A stretch of DNA of 64,000 nucleotides from Andalucia godoyi And28 (taxonomy: Eukaryota; Protista; Jakobida). Under the pieces are notes generated by a model. That model did not search any database. It was not told where the DNA came from and was given only the letters and a program-made list of their open reading frames with translations. The position numbers were made by a program, and so were the translations under genes. Shown here one piece after another: positions 19,704 to 29,482 of this stretch; the stretch's first letter is position 1, and the number at the start of each line of letters is the position of its first letter. The stretch is taken from assembly GCA_009859145.1 (NCBI GenBank), contig VRVR01000047.1, positions 128,934-192,933 on the forward strand, given 5' to 3'.

Positions 19704-21155
19704 TCAACTGTCCATCATAGTTGTGCGGTGGACAAAGTCTGCTCGCTTTTGCTCTCGTTTTTCAAACAAGCCGGCTCCATGTATGTTGTCCGAGATGACT
19801 AAGACTTCTCCATCTTCATCCGACACTGCGAACAGGCTGCCGTCTTGGGACGCTGCCACGGAAAGCATGGACTTCTCCGCTGCGGGATTGCACCACGACG
19901 TTCCGATCATTGCTACCGGGGCAGGGCTCGTTGTTCCATAAATGCATAGTCCCGAATGGCCCGGAATCGCCAAGTACGACCCGTTTGCGAACGATCGAGG
20001 GACACAGGGGAACGCGCTGTCGGCCAGGAAGGGATTTTCAAATCCCGTGTATTCCATCACAATGTCTCCAGACACAAGCGACAGCAGCGAAGGGCCTCCA
20101 ATCGTGGACATGGAGATGGCAAGCGCGGATGACAATGGAGTGGCATTGTCGATTTCTTTTCGAGCCAGCAGCGCAACCGACGGCTCCTCCAATTGTGAAA
20201 AACTGCGGATGTCTGTCGTGAGCATCTGTGACCCCGTGCAAACAAGGAGCTCGTTTTCCGAGATCCACTGCACGCTTGAAATGTCGTGTTTTGAGTCGTC
20301 CACAAGCACAGAAGAGAGTGTCCTGCTTCGCGGATCCACCAGTGCCACGCGCCCTCTTTCTGTCCCAAGAGCGAACACCCTGCTCGCCGCTCTGTTCACA
20401 TCTGCCATGCACTTCAGCTCTCGGTTTCCCTGTACAGAATAAATAAGTTGCTTCTGCGTTGCATCAAACATCAAAAACGAAGAAGGCATCGCAATCGCGG
20501 CAATTTGATTCGAAGTTTCCATCCACTGCGCCGTCACGAGATCGGATGGTCCGCGGATGATTGCGGGCCGTGAAGTTTCAGCTCCGCTCTCAAGACTCTC
20601 TGTAAGGTTCCAGAACCGAAACGTATTATCCCATGATGCAGTGAACAGCACCTTATTTTCTGAAGAAAACTGCATGTATGCTGCAAAGTCGCTGTGACCT
20701 CTGCATCTTGTCGTCACTCGCAGCGACGACAGCCGCATCGCTTCCAACTGTTTCTTACGCGAATGGTGATGATGATTATGCGCGGTCCAAGTCTTTTGAA
20801 GCGCAACAGACGAAAATGTACTGGACGGAATCGGCGTGTACTTTGCATTCAGCGGTTCCATAGGGACGGCGACCGGTGGCTTTTCACCAGGCTGATTCTG
20901 CGCTGGCTTCTTTTCAACAGGCTTTTCATGTTTTTCAGCCGATTCGGCAACCTGAGGAGCATTTGTTCGGTCTTGAAGGGGATTCATAAGAGCGTTCGAT
21001 GCTTCCCGCTTTGATGCCTTTCTGTTTTCCGTCTGCAAATTCTCCTTGTCGGCCGCAGATATCTTTTTGCACTCGAGCAGAAACACTTTGAGCGTCTGCG
21101 AATACCCATTTTCTTTCAGGTACTCGATAAACAGAGACTCCATGGATGCCTTCAT
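19704..21155 (-). CDS. LisH-motif plus WD40-repeat protein
   Basis: N-terminal LisH-like LFIEYLKENGYSQTLKVFLLE; WD repeats GHSDFAAYMQFSSENKVLFTASWDNTFRFWN, LALGTERGRVALVD-type, SVAASQDGSLFAVSDEDGEVLV. Confidence 0.75.
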   Translation of the reverse strand: MKASMESLFIEYLKENGYSQTLKVFLLECKKISAADKENLQTENRKASKREASNALMNPLQDRTNAPQVAESAEKHEKPVEKKPAQNQPGEKPPVAVPMEPLNAKYTPIPSSTFSSVALQKTWTAHNHHHHSRKKQLEAMRLSSLRVTTRCRGHSDFAAYMQFSSENKVLFTASWDNTFRFWNLTESLESGAETSRPAIIRGPSDLVTAQWMETSNQIAAIAMPSSFLMFDATQKQLIYSVQGNRELKCMADVNRAASRVFALGTERGRVALVDPRSRTLSSVLVDDSKHDISSVQWISENELLVCTGSQMLTTDIRSFSQLEEPSVALLARKEIDNATPLSSALAISMSTIGGPSLLSLVSGDIVMEYTGFENPFLADSAFPCVPRSFANGSYLAIPGHSGLCIYGTTSPAPVAMIGTSWCNPAAEKSMLSVAASQDGSLFAVSDEDGEVLVISDNIHGAGLFEKREQKRADFVHRTTMMDS

Positions 21156-21472
21156 CTTGAAGTGTCAACACCTTTGTCTGCAGAGTGGTCTTCTCCACCC
21201 TAAAAATAATAATAATAAAATAATGATAAAATAACATCATCCAAAAAGCCTTTTTCTTGCGAGCTTGCTTGAAAACTGGAAATAAAAACTCGATTTTTGA
21301 CTTAACGGTCAGTAGTTGGGGTTTTCGCTTGAGTCTGCACAACACGCTGCTGCCCTGTAATTACAGACGTTATTTGTCCACTGAAGTGGGATGAGCGGCG
21401 AATGCAGTTTCCGGTATTTTGTTCACACTTCACGGAGCAGTTGACCACATCAGTTGGAATTCTTCGGGGCTG

Positions 21473-22249
21473 ATGGGGTGTGCTTCAGAATGGTGGCCGT
21501 TGCGTGAAGTTGCTTGCATAGTCTTGTGTACTTTGCTGTCGCTGTCGGAAGCACAGTCCTTTCCATATCCGTGTCAGCAAGCAGGGTCCACGACAGTCAT
21601 TCAAAATTCGCTGTACGGATCTGTGCAGTTTAACGTGGACGCATCCGTCATGGCGGCGCAGCTGTCATGCCAGGTTCGATTCGAGCCGAATTCCACATTA
21701 ATAGCTGCTTTGAAAATTTCCAACCCGGTTGCGTGCTTCACGGTTGGGACTCTGAAGTTCTCCGGGACCGCTGCAGTTCATGACTATTCAGTTTATGCAT
21801 ATTTCAACAAAACAAGTCCAGACTTTGTTTTCCTTGCAAAAAAGTCGTGCACCGGTTGCATTACTGCTGGATACTACACTTCAACATTCTGCTCGGCCGT
21901 CGGGGCGTCGCTGGCGATTTCCTTCCTGATGGAGCAGACCTCTACATTCCGCCTTCTCTGGAGCATGCAGAGTTTTGATAATCCTGGCGACGGTGGCAGT
22001 GGCGGTGGCGGCGGAGATGGAGATGGCGGTATGGGCGGCAGAGGAGTGAGCACTGGGATTGGTGTAGCCGTTGCAGCAGTCGTCATTCTTGCAGTGGGTT
22101 TTTCAGTACGGAGGTTCATCCAAAACCGCAAACCGGTGCAGCAGAATGCCGCAGAGGCAGTTCGGGCCGTTCCCCACACTCGGGAGCTTTCCGATAGTCC
22201 ATACGTGAGACTAGAGCGCCATGATCCGGCGCCAGTTTATTACTACTGA
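21473..22249 (+). CDS. Type I single-pass membrane protein with Cys-containing beta-rich ectodomain
   Basis: Signal-peptide-like VACIVLCTLLSLSEA, Gly-rich stalk, TM GIGVAVAAVVILAVGFSV followed by RR, cytoplasmic YVRL motif; ATG at 21473. Confidence 0.6.
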   Translation: MGCASEWWPLREVACIVLCTLLSLSEAQSFPYPCQQAGSTTVIQNSLYGSVQFNVDASVMAAQLSCQVRFEPNSTLIAALKISNPVACFTVGTLKFSGTAAVHDYSVYAYFNKTSPDFVFLAKKSCTGCITAGYYTSTFCSAVGASLAISFLMEQTSTFRLLWSMQSFDNPGDGGSGGGGGDGDGGMGGRGVSTGIGVAVAAVVILAVGFSVRRFIQNRKPVQQNAAEAVRAVPHTRELSDSPYVRLERHDPAPVYYY

Positions 22250-22464
22250 TAATCGCGTGCGCAGAAAGAGAGAGGGGGGGGGGGGGGAAGGCGCGGGGAG
22301 GAGGAAAGGAAAAAAAGAGAGAAAGAAAAAGAAACACGGCGGCGTGTGAATCGCGACCGCGAGGGTGCATGTTAATACGGTACTATACAAGTAGCATGTA
22401 GTGTACAGAGGAGCAATGTGTAAAAAAGAGAAGTCGTATGGCGGAAACGATAGCTCGCAACGAT

Positions 22465-23928
22465 CTATTCTAGGTCATCGTCCCGGTCAGAAAGCCCGTC
22501 TTCACTGTTCGTCGCACTGAGTTCGCCATCGTATGAAATTTCGACTTCTATCACCTCTCCAGACTCGAGATCCATGAGGATCTTCTTGGTGACAGGCTCC
22601 CATCGCAATTTGCCCTGCGGAACCGCCTCTACAAAATAAGGCATCGGAGTCCTTTCTCTTGGACGGTCCTTCTTGTCGAGGCTTGCGCCATCTTTCTTCT
22701 GCACCTCTGCTACACTATCGGAGCCATCCTGCGCGTCTTCATGGTGTGTTGCCTCCTTTTCTTCCTCTTCTTCTCGCAGAAAATCTTCGAATGTGTCCAT
22801 TTCCTCCAGATCCTCCATGGGGTGTCGAAGAATTGCCGCGATTCCCGTGAGATTTCGCAGTTGCTCACCCGACACGTGCATTGCCGAAAACACACTGACT
22901 GCCCCGCCCTGGGATCTGACATCCTCCACAAGCTTCACATACCTTGCACGCTCCTGCAGCCAACTCGGCTTTGTCGACGGTCTGAAAAGGAGCTCATCCG
23001 TAATAAGAAGAGTTGCAACTGCACCGGCGTCGCATGCTGCTCTGACCTGCGCATACCCATAGAACGCCCGATGTGGGTCCACCGCAAGCATCGATATAAA
23101 CTTCTGCAGAACTGCAATCTCTGCCGCGGCTTTTGTATCGCGTAGCTTGCTCTGAATCACAGGATCCGCAAGAACCTCTGCGAGAGAATGCAAGTGGCCA
23201 GAAGACGCTTTGCACATGACAGCAGCTTCCCTCAAGAATGGTGCAAGTTCAGTCCTGTACGGGTCCGTGGACGCTGCGAACGTCATTAGCCGCTGGTTCA
23301 GAAAGCCGACAGATGCCACCAGCACGCACTTGACAACATCCTGCTTGATGCGCAGCAGCGATTTGCAGACCGAGTCGAGAAACCTTGTGATTGACTTTTC
23401 TTGGCTACCAGCCTCTCCACGCTTTTTTGGGATCTTGACCTCGATTTCCTGCAGCAGAATCGTGCGATGCGGAGATACAAGACAGATGTTTGCGAGTCCA
23501 TCGCTCATGATCACCGCTGCAACATCCGCGCGCCTTTGCGTATCGCACGCAGTCTCGACTCGTTCAAGATACATTTTATCCCATTTTTTCTTCTTCAGCA
23601 CACATGTGTCGCCCGGCTCGACAGTAAACGTGTGGAATTGGCCAATCTTGACTTCGGCACGCTCCGTCTTGTTGCGGCCAGACACACGAAGACTCGCTGC
23701 CTCCGGGTCTATATCCAGCTTCGTCACTTCCAGACACAGCGTCAATCGCATGCGCTCCGCTGTAGCAGATCCAGGCGCCGTCGACACCTTACGAACAGTA
23801 CTCATCGTAAGATCGTCTCCTGGCGCAATCAAATAGTACAAGTGCCACAGGTCATCCGGATCCTGCGTCACAAGAGTCATCGACCCCTCTCCTTCTTTCG
23901 CATCAATCTCTCGCTTCACTACCCGCAT
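22465..23928 (-). CDS. PELO: Pelota/Dom34 ribosome rescue factor with acidic C-terminal extension
   Basis: MRVVKREID...DDLWHLYYLIAPGD...STVRKV, VKIGQFHT, HRAFYGYAQV, LLITDELLFR, FSAMHVSGEQLRNLTGIAAILRHP; ATG at 23928. Confidence 0.97.
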   Translation of the reverse strand: MRVVKREIDAKEGEGSMTLVTQDPDDLWHLYYLIAPGDDLTMSTVRKVSTAPGSATAERMRLTLCLEVTKLDIDPEAASLRVSGRNKTERAEVKIGQFHTFTVEPGDTCVLKKKKWDKMYLERVETACDTQRRADVAAVIMSDGLANICLVSPHRTILLQEIEVKIPKKRGEAGSQEKSITRFLDSVCKSLLRIKQDVVKCVLVASVGFLNQRLMTFAASTDPYRTELAPFLREAAVMCKASSGHLHSLAEVLADPVIQSKLRDTKAAAEIAVLQKFISMLAVDPHRAFYGYAQVRAACDAGAVATLLITDELLFRPSTKPSWLQERARYVKLVEDVRSQGGAVSVFSAMHVSGEQLRNLTGIAAILRHPMEDLEEMDTFEDFLREEEEEKEATHHEDAQDGSDSVAEVQKKDGASLDKKDRPRERTPMPYFVEAVPQGKLRWEPVTKKILMDLESGEVIEVEISYDGELSATNSEDGLSDRDDDLE

Positions 23929-24360
23929 CGCCCACGCTCTGCACCACCTCTTCTGATCTCTCCAAAAACTCGCATAAGTCACAAAACAAAATAAACAGGG
24001 AAAACAAAGGGGAAAAAACCTTGCATCTGCTTTGGTTTTTGCATGTAAGCAGCAGTAGCTAGCATCAAGCCGAACAATTGAAAACAATCACGACAACAGC
24101 GGGCTTACAGCAGGTGAAAAACCAGTATAATACCGTTGCCACTAATTGCGGATAGGATGAAGCAATCTAAAGCCCACGTAAAACACAGAAACACTGCCAC
24201 GCGCCATGCGCATGCGTTTGCTGTCTTGACAGCTCCGTCACACGATGCCCGATTCGTTTCGCCTCCCATTTTGATCATGGAATCCCTATACACACACCGC
24301 CGCATTGCATTCTCGCACAGCGACGCTCATTTCATTTCTTTATTCTTGTTGTCCATGCAA

Positions 24361-24509
24361 CGCAGCATCTATCTTGAGAACGTCGCTCATGCCGAGGGGC
24401 GTGTTGGGGCCCACCCCCTTCCCAATCATGCTATGCATGTTGTTGGGTTGCAACATTGATTATGGGTGGTCAGCGATGATTATCCGTGGTTAGCCTACAA
24501 TGTAGGCGT
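24361..24509 (+). mobile_element. Diverged 3'-end fragment (copy C) of the TnpB/Fanzor2-derived mini-element family
   Basis: Encodes RSIYL...GRVGAHPLPN, homologous to RSIYL...RHVGAYPLPGN of the 50.7-kb copy with synonymous third-position changes; shares gtgttggggcc, ccccttccc, tatgcatgt and the terminal aatgtaggcgt motif. Confidence 0.55.
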
Positions 24510-24720
24510 AGACACCTAATTAATGTTTATATGTTTTGTTTGCTGCTTGTTTGTTAGCTGTGGAGAGTGCTGGGTGAGACGATCATTTTGAGTAAGACTT
24601 TTCTTTATTATTACAGATGATTTGCCTACTGAGCGAGAATCTGCAGCTTTTCGTATCGCTGATGACGGATCTTTTATGTGATGCACGGTGCGAAGTGTGA
24701 GATTCTTGTTGTTCGGAGAC

Positions 24721-26088
24721 TTACTGCTTTTGAAAGAAGCTGGTGATTTTTGAGACTTTGAACGATTTTTGATCTCCAGTCGGTGTTTCAGGATGCGCGC
24801 GCTTTCTTTGCTGATTGGGACTCGTAACGGGCGTCGACGAGCTTGAAGCCGCAGCAGCAGTGGCAGTGGTAGTAGTAGTAGTAGTCGTAGTAGTTGAAGA
24901 AGAAGAAGAAGAAGAAGAAGAAAGGGCAGAGGGAGAAGAGGAAGAACCATCAGCGCCTGCAGATGCGCCGCCCTGTCCGGGGATTGTGAAATTGGCAGTA
25001 CTGCTCTTCGCAAACATATTCATGATGTCCCTCGACTGTCCGCGGAGTCTCTGTTGACAGTCCTTCCAATTAAGAACTCCGATGGTCGAGTCCTTGGCAT
25101 CATGCACTGCAGTGTGCAGATTCTTAATGTTGTACCACGTCTGAGCGTCCCTGTCGGTGCTCAACAGTACGTAGAACCTTCGTTCGCGAGACAAGCATGC
25201 TGCACTTACATTCTTCATGCAGTTCACATACGCTTCTAATTCCGTCTTCGACAACATCCGATCGTCTCCGGCCCGACGATGCAACCGAACAAACGAGATG
25301 GTATTGCACGTTACGTGTTCTGTTGTCGCTCCATGAAGACCCTTTCCAAGCGCATCGTCGTCCGAAATGCAAAGCACGATCTGCTTTGCACGCATTTGAG
25401 GAATGAATGGCAGCGTGAGATCATACCACTTTCGGTCACGAAATTCCACAGCCATCTTGTACGGTTTGATCTTTTCATAGCAGTGTGCGACATACGCAAA
25501 GTGCTGCTCTGTCGCTGAAAACGATGGAGGGAACTGGAAAACGATACAGCCCAGCTGCCCAGCACTATGCAACGGCTCAAGAGCATCCTTGAAGCGGTTC
25601 CAAGCGATATCCTGCAGCTCCGAGCTCATTGATTCCAGCGCAATGGTATCCGTTCTCTCCACTTGGACTTCTGGCCGAAATGCAAACTGCATATCGTCCG
25701 CCTCGTCCTCATTTGCATTCATTGCTACTTGCAATCCGCTCAGCTTTTGCGATTCGGCATGTCCATTCGCCAGCAGAACACTGCGGACCTCGTGGGGAAG
25801 CGCAGCCACTGGACACGACTTGAAAGTAAAGAGCTGAAAAATCTTGAAGTGGAAGATGAAATTACGCGGAACAACCTTCTGCCAATCCAAAACACGCATG
25901 CGCGTCGGCATTGCATAGTTGGACGAGTCCACTTCCACACACGGAAGCTCGGTCGCATAGTGCTGCAATTGATCCACTCCCGTTCTGCAACGCGAAGGAT
26001 AGAACTTCTTGCTGCTAATAAGAGCCGGCGGCGTCCACGAGCACATCCCGCAACACATATCAATATGATGCGACAAATCCGCAGCCAT
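24721..26088 (-). CDS. DUF72 (UPF0759/YecE-like) TIM-barrel protein with low-complexity tail and C-terminal PIP-box-like motif
   Basis: CGMCSW...FYP...LQHYATELPCVEVDSSNYAMP...W...VPRNFIFHFK; VFQFPPSF; AVEFRDRKW; FVRLHRR; C-terminal KITSFF. Confidence 0.85.
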   Translation of the reverse strand: MAADLSHHIDMCCGMCSWTPPALISSKKFYPSRCRTGVDQLQHYATELPCVEVDSSNYAMPTRMRVLDWQKVVPRNFIFHFKIFQLFTFKSCPVAALPHEVRSVLLANGHAESQKLSGLQVAMNANEDEADDMQFAFRPEVQVERTDTIALESMSSELQDIAWNRFKDALEPLHSAGQLGCIVFQFPPSFSATEQHFAYVAHCYEKIKPYKMAVEFRDRKWYDLTLPFIPQMRAKQIVLCISDDDALGKGLHGATTEHVTCNTISFVRLHRRAGDDRMLSKTELEAYVNCMKNVSAACLSRERRFYVLLSTDRDAQTWYNIKNLHTAVHDAKDSTIGVLNWKDCQQRLRGQSRDIMNMFAKSSTANFTIPGQGGASAGADGSSSSPSALSSSSSSSSSTTTTTTTTTTATAAAASSSSTPVTSPNQQRKRAHPETPTGDQKSFKVSKITSFFQKQ

Positions 26089-26589
26089 TTCTTACAGCCT
26101 CCTCCTTCTCCTTTTTTGCGAACGCAACGATGAACGGCGAGCGGAAAATAGAAACGTCAATGACAACTTCTTTCGTGGCCGAGCCGGAACTGTTACAAAA
26201 ACAAAAACATACAACATACAGACAACATCATCGGAAATAGTCGGAAACAGTCGGAAACAGTCGGGAAAAGTCGGGAATCAGAGGAAGCGTGACTTGGATG
26301 AACGTATCTCGTACGTTCGGTGAGGATTTGCCAGTTGCGAGTTGCGAAAGGTCACGGCTTGCAGAGCCGTGCAGACCGCGGTCCGTGGATGATTCCGTGT
26401 CCTGCTTTTTGGATTGCTGGCCAGAGCCTGCGCGGATACACATTGGTACACAAAGCAACGCAGTGAAATATGGTAAATTAATGAAATAATTTAACAAACG
26501 GATACACTTAACCAACAAACCACAAACCACAAACCACAAACAGCAAACGACAAACGACAAACAATCTATCTATCTCCGAGACGGTCTCT

Positions 26590-27225
26590 CTAGCATGCAG
26601 TGAACGCACTGTTTGAACATGGTTTCACAATAGTTACGAGCACAGCGGAGAGGGCAACGAACAGCGATGCATACGAAACGTACGAAACGGAGCGAACCGC
26701 TCTTGGTGACAGCGGCCTTGAGCTGCGACACACCATCATCATCCACTTCGGCTCTGAATATCTATATTCCTCTTCATCAACCTCATTTGGATCAGCAGAC
26801 ATACCCTGAGCCTCGCTGTTCAGGCCCGGAAACGCCGTCTCCACCATCAGACAAGACCGCGCAATTTCGGTCTCTTCATCATCAGCACCGCCGCAATCAC
26901 GGCCCCGGCCACTGTCGCTGCCACTGGAGTTTGACGGCTGCGTGTCTTGTTGCTCGTCGACCGGGTGCTGTTCTGGATTGTGTTGTACAGACGCTGCCGA
27001 TCGAGAAGCGTGCAGAACAGGAGACGGAGAGGAAGGAGAAGGAGAAGGAGAAGGAGAACGATCTTGGATGGACTGTGTGATCCGATCGCTCATCGGTTGC
27101 GCTACATGCTCGTGATCCGGCGCAGTCGTGTCTTCTATACGGTTCTTCCCAACGTGGTCTTCCATGATAAACAGATGCGTTCCGGCGGTCAGTTCGGGCA
27201 ATTCTTGACTCGGTGAGTTGGACAT
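26590..27225 (-). CDS. Hypothetical acidic/low-complexity protein with C-terminal hydrophobic segment (possible tail anchor)
   Basis: ORF from ATG 27225; disordered body; terminal YASLFVALSAVLVTIV hydrophobic stretch. Confidence 0.45.
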   Translation of the reverse strand: MSNSPSQELPELTAGTHLFIMEDHVGKNRIEDTTAPDHEHVAQPMSDRITQSIQDRSPSPSPSPSSPSPVLHASRSAASVQHNPEQHPVDEQQDTQPSNSSGSDSGRGRDCGGADDEETEIARSCLMVETAFPGLNSEAQGMSADPNEVDEEEYRYSEPKWMMMVCRSSRPLSPRAVRSVSYVSYASLFVALSAVLVTIVKPCSNSAFTAC

Positions 27226-27562
27226 GGGAGGTGCTTCGGCAGGGTGCAAACACAGGCGGCGATGATCACTCGTTACAGAATGGGCGAGAGTAAGCAACTG
27301 AGAGTATGACTGAGTAATTAAGCGATGAACTGAGTGTGAGAAATGAGAGAGAGAGAGAGAGAGAGTGAGTAATCGAGTGACGTTTTTCGTTTGCTTTGTG
27401 ATTGTTCGGGGTTTGACAATTTCCGCAATCGATCGGGCATTTCCAACATGTCAATATGTCCAACCTTGGGATAGATTCTAACACTTGAGTCGCCTGTCCA
27501 TCGTTTTTTGTTGGAAAATGCAACCCCCGCAGTTTACTTGAGGCTTTTCTTTTTCATCTCCG

Positions 27563-27668
27563 TTTTGGTTTTGGCTTTTGGCTTTTGGCTTTTGGCTTTT
27601 GGCTTTTGGCTTTTGGCTTTTGGCTTTTGGCTTTTGGCTTTTGGCTTTTGGTTTTGGTTTTGGTTTTG
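27563..27668 (+). repeat. (TTTTGGC)n heptamer tandem repeat grading into (TTTTGG)n
   Basis: About a dozen consecutive ttttggc units, directly visible upstream of ATG 27718. Confidence 0.95.
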
Positions 27669-27717
27669 CTTTTTTGATTTCAATCGAGACTGGGACTTGG
27701 AGGGAGCAAATGAAAGA

Positions 27718-29151
27718 ATGTCGTTTGATAGCGAACTAATGAGAATTGCCGGCATAAGCGGCATCGTCGCGTGCTCGTCGCTGTGCATTTCGTTGCCGAG
27801 CATTCTGCGAGCGTTCTCAGAGACGCGCAGAAGCTTGGATGCGGGGGCGCTGCGTCGACAGTCGGTGTCAACCACGGCGGACATCCAAGCGCCGTTCTTG
27901 TGCACGACAGCAGATCCGGAAAATCCGCACGGCTACTACGCAGGTGCGAATGGGCGAGTTACGGATGATGGTCGGGAGGCCGGCGTGCCGCGGATGGCGG
28001 TTGTGTTTCCTCCATGGATCACTCGATGGACTCTGGCAATCAGCGGGCTGTGGTGGAACAGGCTTCCGGGCTACTCCAAATCACTCGTGCTGCGAACGTC
28101 GCTTCCTTCGTATCTTGCTGCGCTGAACCTGATTGTCTTCGGAATCATTGTGCTTTCGAACGGCGGCGAGTTTGACTCTCAGTTTTTGTTTTCGCTTTGG
28201 ATTCCCGCACTCGTCTTCATTCCTTGCATATCGTACGGGCGGTATCTGTTTGTCGAGACTGGATGGCTGTTTTTCGCGCACATGCCGTTTGTCCCGACGT
28301 CAGGCCGCGAAAAAGACAGACGCATTCTGCGCGTGTACTGCCTCGTCAACGTGTTCTTGGCTGCCGTGTTTGCATTCGATTTTGTGTCAGACTACATTTT
28401 CAATCCAAGTCCATGGAGAGTCATCTACGCTGTGACGTTTTTCTTGTTGTTTTTCTTGATCGTCCTGTCTTCGCTGATGTGCATGGTCCCATTCACCTTC
28501 GCCGGGCGTGTCTATTCCAACATGATCAAGGTGTTGAGAATGGACATTGGTCTTGTTGCACGCGGGCAGTCAGCAGTTGCGTTGCAGGATCTTCGCACGT
28601 GCGCACGCTTTTATGCGCTTCTTACAGATTCCATGTCGCGCACAAGTCCCAAGATTTCAGGACTTGCTGTTCCGGCTGTTTCGTTGGTTCTGTACATGTA
28701 CTCGCTCGCATTGTTGGATATCATTCGCCGATCTTTCTTTTTCTCAAGCTTGTTCGTCGCCCTGATAGCGTCACTCTTTATCATCTGGTGTCTGTATCCG
28801 GCCGCCCTTGTCAACTATGAAGTGGAAAAGCTGAGGTCCGAACTCGCATGCATGCTGCTGGATGCTGATGATCGCCGTGGTGCAAGCTCACAGTGTTTCG
28901 ACGAAAAGTCGGAACTCTTCTCGGCGTCTGGCCCATCATCATCTTCCAGTTTTTCAAAATACGAATTTCAGGCTCTTACCGAGCAAGACCGAAAGCTTCT
29001 TCGAGACATGTTTCTCGTGTCGGGCGACGAGCGTCGTTCAAGCCTTTTATTTTATGGAAAAGCCGTGACCCGTAGCGTGCTTGTTCGAGGCCTCTACATC
29101 ATCTTCTCAATCATGCTCTTCTTGCTGCAAGACGCCGCTTTTCGGTCGTGA
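27718..29151 (+). CDS. Multi-pass membrane protein, gustatory-receptor-like 7TM ion channel (GRL/7TMIC) candidate
   Basis: About 7 hydrophobic segments; AALVNYEVEKL after TM6; C-terminal LLFYGKAVTRSVLVRGLYIIFSIMLFLLQ resembles the split TM7 of GR/OR-like channels; ATG at 27718. Confidence 0.6.
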   Translation: MSFDSELMRIAGISGIVACSSLCISLPSILRAFSETRRSLDAGALRRQSVSTTADIQAPFLCTTADPENPHGYYAGANGRVTDDGREAGVPRMAVVFPPWITRWTLAISGLWWNRLPGYSKSLVLRTSLPSYLAALNLIVFGIIVLSNGGEFDSQFLFSLWIPALVFIPCISYGRYLFVETGWLFFAHMPFVPTSGREKDRRILRVYCLVNVFLAAVFAFDFVSDYIFNPSPWRVIYAVTFFLLFFLIVLSSLMCMVPFTFAGRVYSNMIKVLRMDIGLVARGQSAVALQDLRTCARFYALLTDSMSRTSPKISGLAVPAVSLVLYMYSLALLDIIRRSFFFSSLFVALIASLFIIWCLYPAALVNYEVEKLRSELACMLLDADDRRGASSQCFDEKSELFSASGPSSSSSFSKYEFQALTEQDRKLLRDMFLVSGDERRSSLLFYGKAVTRSVLVRGLYIIFSIMLFLLQDAAFRS

Positions 29152-29482
29152 TGTATTCTTCACCTTCACCTTCACCTCCTTCTTCTTCCTCCTTCTTCTT
29201 CCTTCTTCCACTACCGCTGCCACTAGTATTCTGCATTTCTTTGGTGTACCCAGTCAATCTGTTCGGCTTTATTTCCAAGGAAGATGATGTTCATGTGCAA
29301 CTCTTCATTCACGCATAGCTTTTCAGCTCTCCGCACCACTACCAAATGTCATCCAGAGCAAAAAGAGTAGAGGAAAAATTTGAAAAATAAATAAATAAAT
29401 AATAATAATAATAATTGATACATATGTACAAAGAACCGCATAACTCTATTGCTGGTTTTGCTTCGTTCTCCCATCCAAAAGA

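Noticed and set aside
26228-26280. CRISPR-like array
   Set aside because: The repeats are head-to-tail 10-mers without unique spacers; no CRISPR array occurs anywhere in the window.
27563-27668. TTTTGGC/TTTTGG array as an interstitial telomere, and its 'LAFGFW' translation as protein
   Set aside because: The unit is not a known telomere repeat in this context, and the translation is a microsatellite artefact upstream of the likely ATG at 27718.
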